Virus record (IMG/VR): IMGVR_UViG_3300048598_000584
Location: 1 to 44,117 of that record
From: a virus
Taxonomy: Duplodnaviria > Caudoviricetes
Length of the DNA stretch: 44,117 bases
Strand: one strand, 5' to 3'
The notes beneath the pieces are model-generated. The model searched no databases. It saw only the letters and a list, made by a program, of their open reading frames with translations, and had not been told where the DNA came from. The position numbers were made by a program, and so were the translations under genes. Of the stretch, positions 42,537 to 44,117 are shown piece by piece. How positions within the stretch are numbered: position 1 is the first letter of the stretch; each line of letters starts with the position of its first letter.

Positions 42537-42940
42537 GCAAGCCCGACGAGCGCGCCGAATCGGGTGGCCTTTACGTCGGCTGGGACGAGCTGCGGGCCAA
42601 AGTCGCGCCGACGCTGGGACGTGACCGATTTCGCGCGCTCATCAGGAATGCACAGGAACATCACGGTTTTCCACCGTTCCGTGACACCTGGGGCGGTTTC
42701 TATTGGCCCAAAGTGAGGGAGTGGCTGGACTCGGACAACGGGGTTGGAACAGATGGACGGGTCGCACACGCCGCAGAAGTCGAAGACGGCCCCGAAAGCT
42801 TCAGACATGCCCCGCCGCGGAGAAAGGCCCGGGTTCAAGATCGGCCGGAACAACCTCGGATATTGGCTAGCCAGCCAGGTCACCCGCGACCCCATGGGGT
42901 TTCCCGACACTTGCATCCCGTTGCCGGTGGGCGCGACTGA
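42533..42940 (+). CDS. Excisionase-like winged-helix protein
   Basis: GFPP...WGGFYWPKVREWLD; directly precedes and overlaps integrase. Confidence 0.6.
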   Translation: MSKPDERAESGGLYVGWDELRAKVAPTLGRDRFRALIRNAQEHHGFPPFRDTWGGFYWPKVREWLDSDNGVGTDGRVAHAAEVEDGPESFRHAPPRRKARVQDRPEQPRILASQPGHPRPHGVSRHLHPVAGGRD

Positions 42941-44117
42941 CGAAGAGATCGGGGAGCTATGTCGCGGCTACACGGCGCAACTGAGGGCGCACATCGAGGC
43001 GGAAAAGAAAAGGCTCGAGACCAACGAGCCCTCGCTGACGCGCACGCGCTACGACGGCACGATCAGGACGGCATGCCAGATCTACCAGGAGCACCCGAAC
43101 TCCGCGTTCAACTACAACATCAGCCACACGACGCGGCGCAGCTATCTCGCGGATCTGAAGGTGATCATCGAGAGTGTTGGACACCGGCGGATCAAGAACG
43201 TCACGGTGCTCGACGTGCAGGCGTGGTACCGGGAGTGGCGGAAGGGCGCCGAGTACATCGACGAAAAAACCGGCGAGCATTGGTTCGGTCCGGAACGGGT
43301 GGCCCGGGCCCACAACGCGGCCGCAATGTTGCGAACGGTCCTGCGGTTCATGGCCGCTCTGCGATATGCGGACTGCAAGCTGCTCGCGGAGGAGCTCGCC
43401 AAGATCCAGTTCGAGCGGGAGGGCGCGCGCGAGCAGGAACTCACCTACGGCCAGGTGCGGGACTTCGTGCGCGCCGCCGGCGAGATGGCGGACAAGGGTC
43501 TGATTGCCCGCGATCGCGCGCTCTATCTCTCCATCGCAACGGCCGCCCAGTTCGAGTTGATGCTGCGCCAGGGCGACATCATAGGCAAATGGCAGCCCCG
43601 CAAGGAGGGCACCAAGTTTCCGTCAGGCATCACGCTGCTCCACACCGACAAGGAGACATGGGCAGGATTTTTCACCTGGGAGAAGATTCCCGGGTGGCGC
43701 TGGCGCACGCGCACGTCGAAGTCGAAATATCGGGCCGCGGTCGAGTTCGATCTGCAGATCTACGACCTGCTATTCCCGTTGCTCGAGCAGGTGCCGATGG
43801 ACGAGCGCGCGGGCGCCATCATCAAGGGCGAGCAGGGCCTGCCGATCCGCTACCGCACCTTTGTGAAGGCCTTCCGCAAGATCGCCCAGGTGGCGAAGAT
43901 CCCCGACGATGTCTGGAGCATGGATGCCCGCGCCGGCGGCGCCGGCGAAGCCGACGAGGCTGGGGTCGACACTACCCTGATCTCGGCCGGCCTGACGCAC
44001 ACCAACGTCACCACCACCGGCCGCTACTTGCGCCGGCGAGCCAAGAAGATCGTCACCATCGCCGAGGCGCGCAAGCAGTCGCGCGCCGCCGGCGACGATG
44101 AGGGAGGCACGGCGTGA
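42807..44117 (+). CDS. int: Phage tyrosine integrase
   Basis: LMLRQGD, TSKS, MDARAGG, LTH and TGRY catalytic positions; prophage end; likely start MPRRGERPG. Confidence 0.88.
   Translation: MPRRGERPGFKIGRNNLGYWLASQVTRDPMGFPDTCIPLPVGATDEEIGELCRGYTAQLRAHIEAEKKRLETNEPSLTRTRYDGTIRTACQIYQEHPNSAFNYNISHTTRRSYLADLKVIIESVGHRRIKNVTVLDVQAWYREWRKGAEYIDEKTGEHWFGPERVARAHNAAAMLRTVLRFMAALRYADCKLLAEELAKIQFEREGAREQELTYGQVRDFVRAAGEMADKGLIARDRALYLSIATAAQFELMLRQGDIIGKWQPRKEGTKFPSGITLLHTDKETWAGFFTWEKIPGWRWRTRTSKSKYRAAVEFDLQIYDLLFPLLEQVPMDERAGAIIKGEQGLPIRYRTFVKAFRKIAQVAKIPDDVWSMDARAGGAGEADEAGVDTTLISAGLTHTNVTTTGRYLRRRAKKIVTIAEARKQSRAAGDDEGGTA

Larger units (their letters stand above)
1079..44117. mobile_element. 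Temperate podovirus-like prophage integrated at tRNA-Pro; right att lies beyond the window
   Basis: att core, integrase, cI/cro switch, replication, terminase, portal, capsid, ejection and lysis modules; no tape measure or tail sheath gene. Confidence 0.93.

Noticed and set aside
1-44117. CRISPR array, diversity-generating retroelement, retron or IS element
   Set aside because: No repeat-spacer array, reverse transcriptase motif, TR/VR pair or transposase recognised by eye

Overview
Almost the whole window (about 1079 to beyond 44117) is a temperate prophage in a GC-rich alphaproteobacterium. Gene content suggests Hyphomicrobiales, Bradyrhizobium-like, which is an inference. The left boundary is a 28-nt 3' fragment of a tRNA-Pro-type gene (att core, 1079-1106, minus strand), and a tyrosine integrase ends the window. 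From left to right: (1) two host genes; (2) a 7-kb plus-strand operon of about 20 mostly small, translationally coupled genes (J-domain protein, HNH protein with three N-terminal repeats, Gp49/66 family); (3) the minus-strand late region of a podovirus-like virion: lysis (GH19 endolysin, overlapped spanins), collar fibre, three ejection-type proteins, GNAT, tail hub and adaptor, decoration, capsid, scaffold, putative head fibre, a frameshifted portal and TerL/TerS; (4) a second, Cre-like recombinase; (5) a NusG paralog in the position of lambda Q; (6) a leaderless RelE-XRE toxin-antitoxin pair; (7) a replication initiator with an internal origin, and an MT-A70 methyltransferase; (8) a cro/cI switch with ATCCGA-N5-TCGGAT operators; (9) an early operon ending in xis/int. 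The most notable unexplained signals are a 76-nt glycine-tRNA-like cloverleaf hidden inside a translationally coupled 36-codon ORF, an 18-bp identical motif at the start of two head genes, paired GANTC sites ahead of both late units, and an ops-like site in the structured leader behind the phage NusG paralog. All family calls come from motif recognition by eye; no database searches were run.
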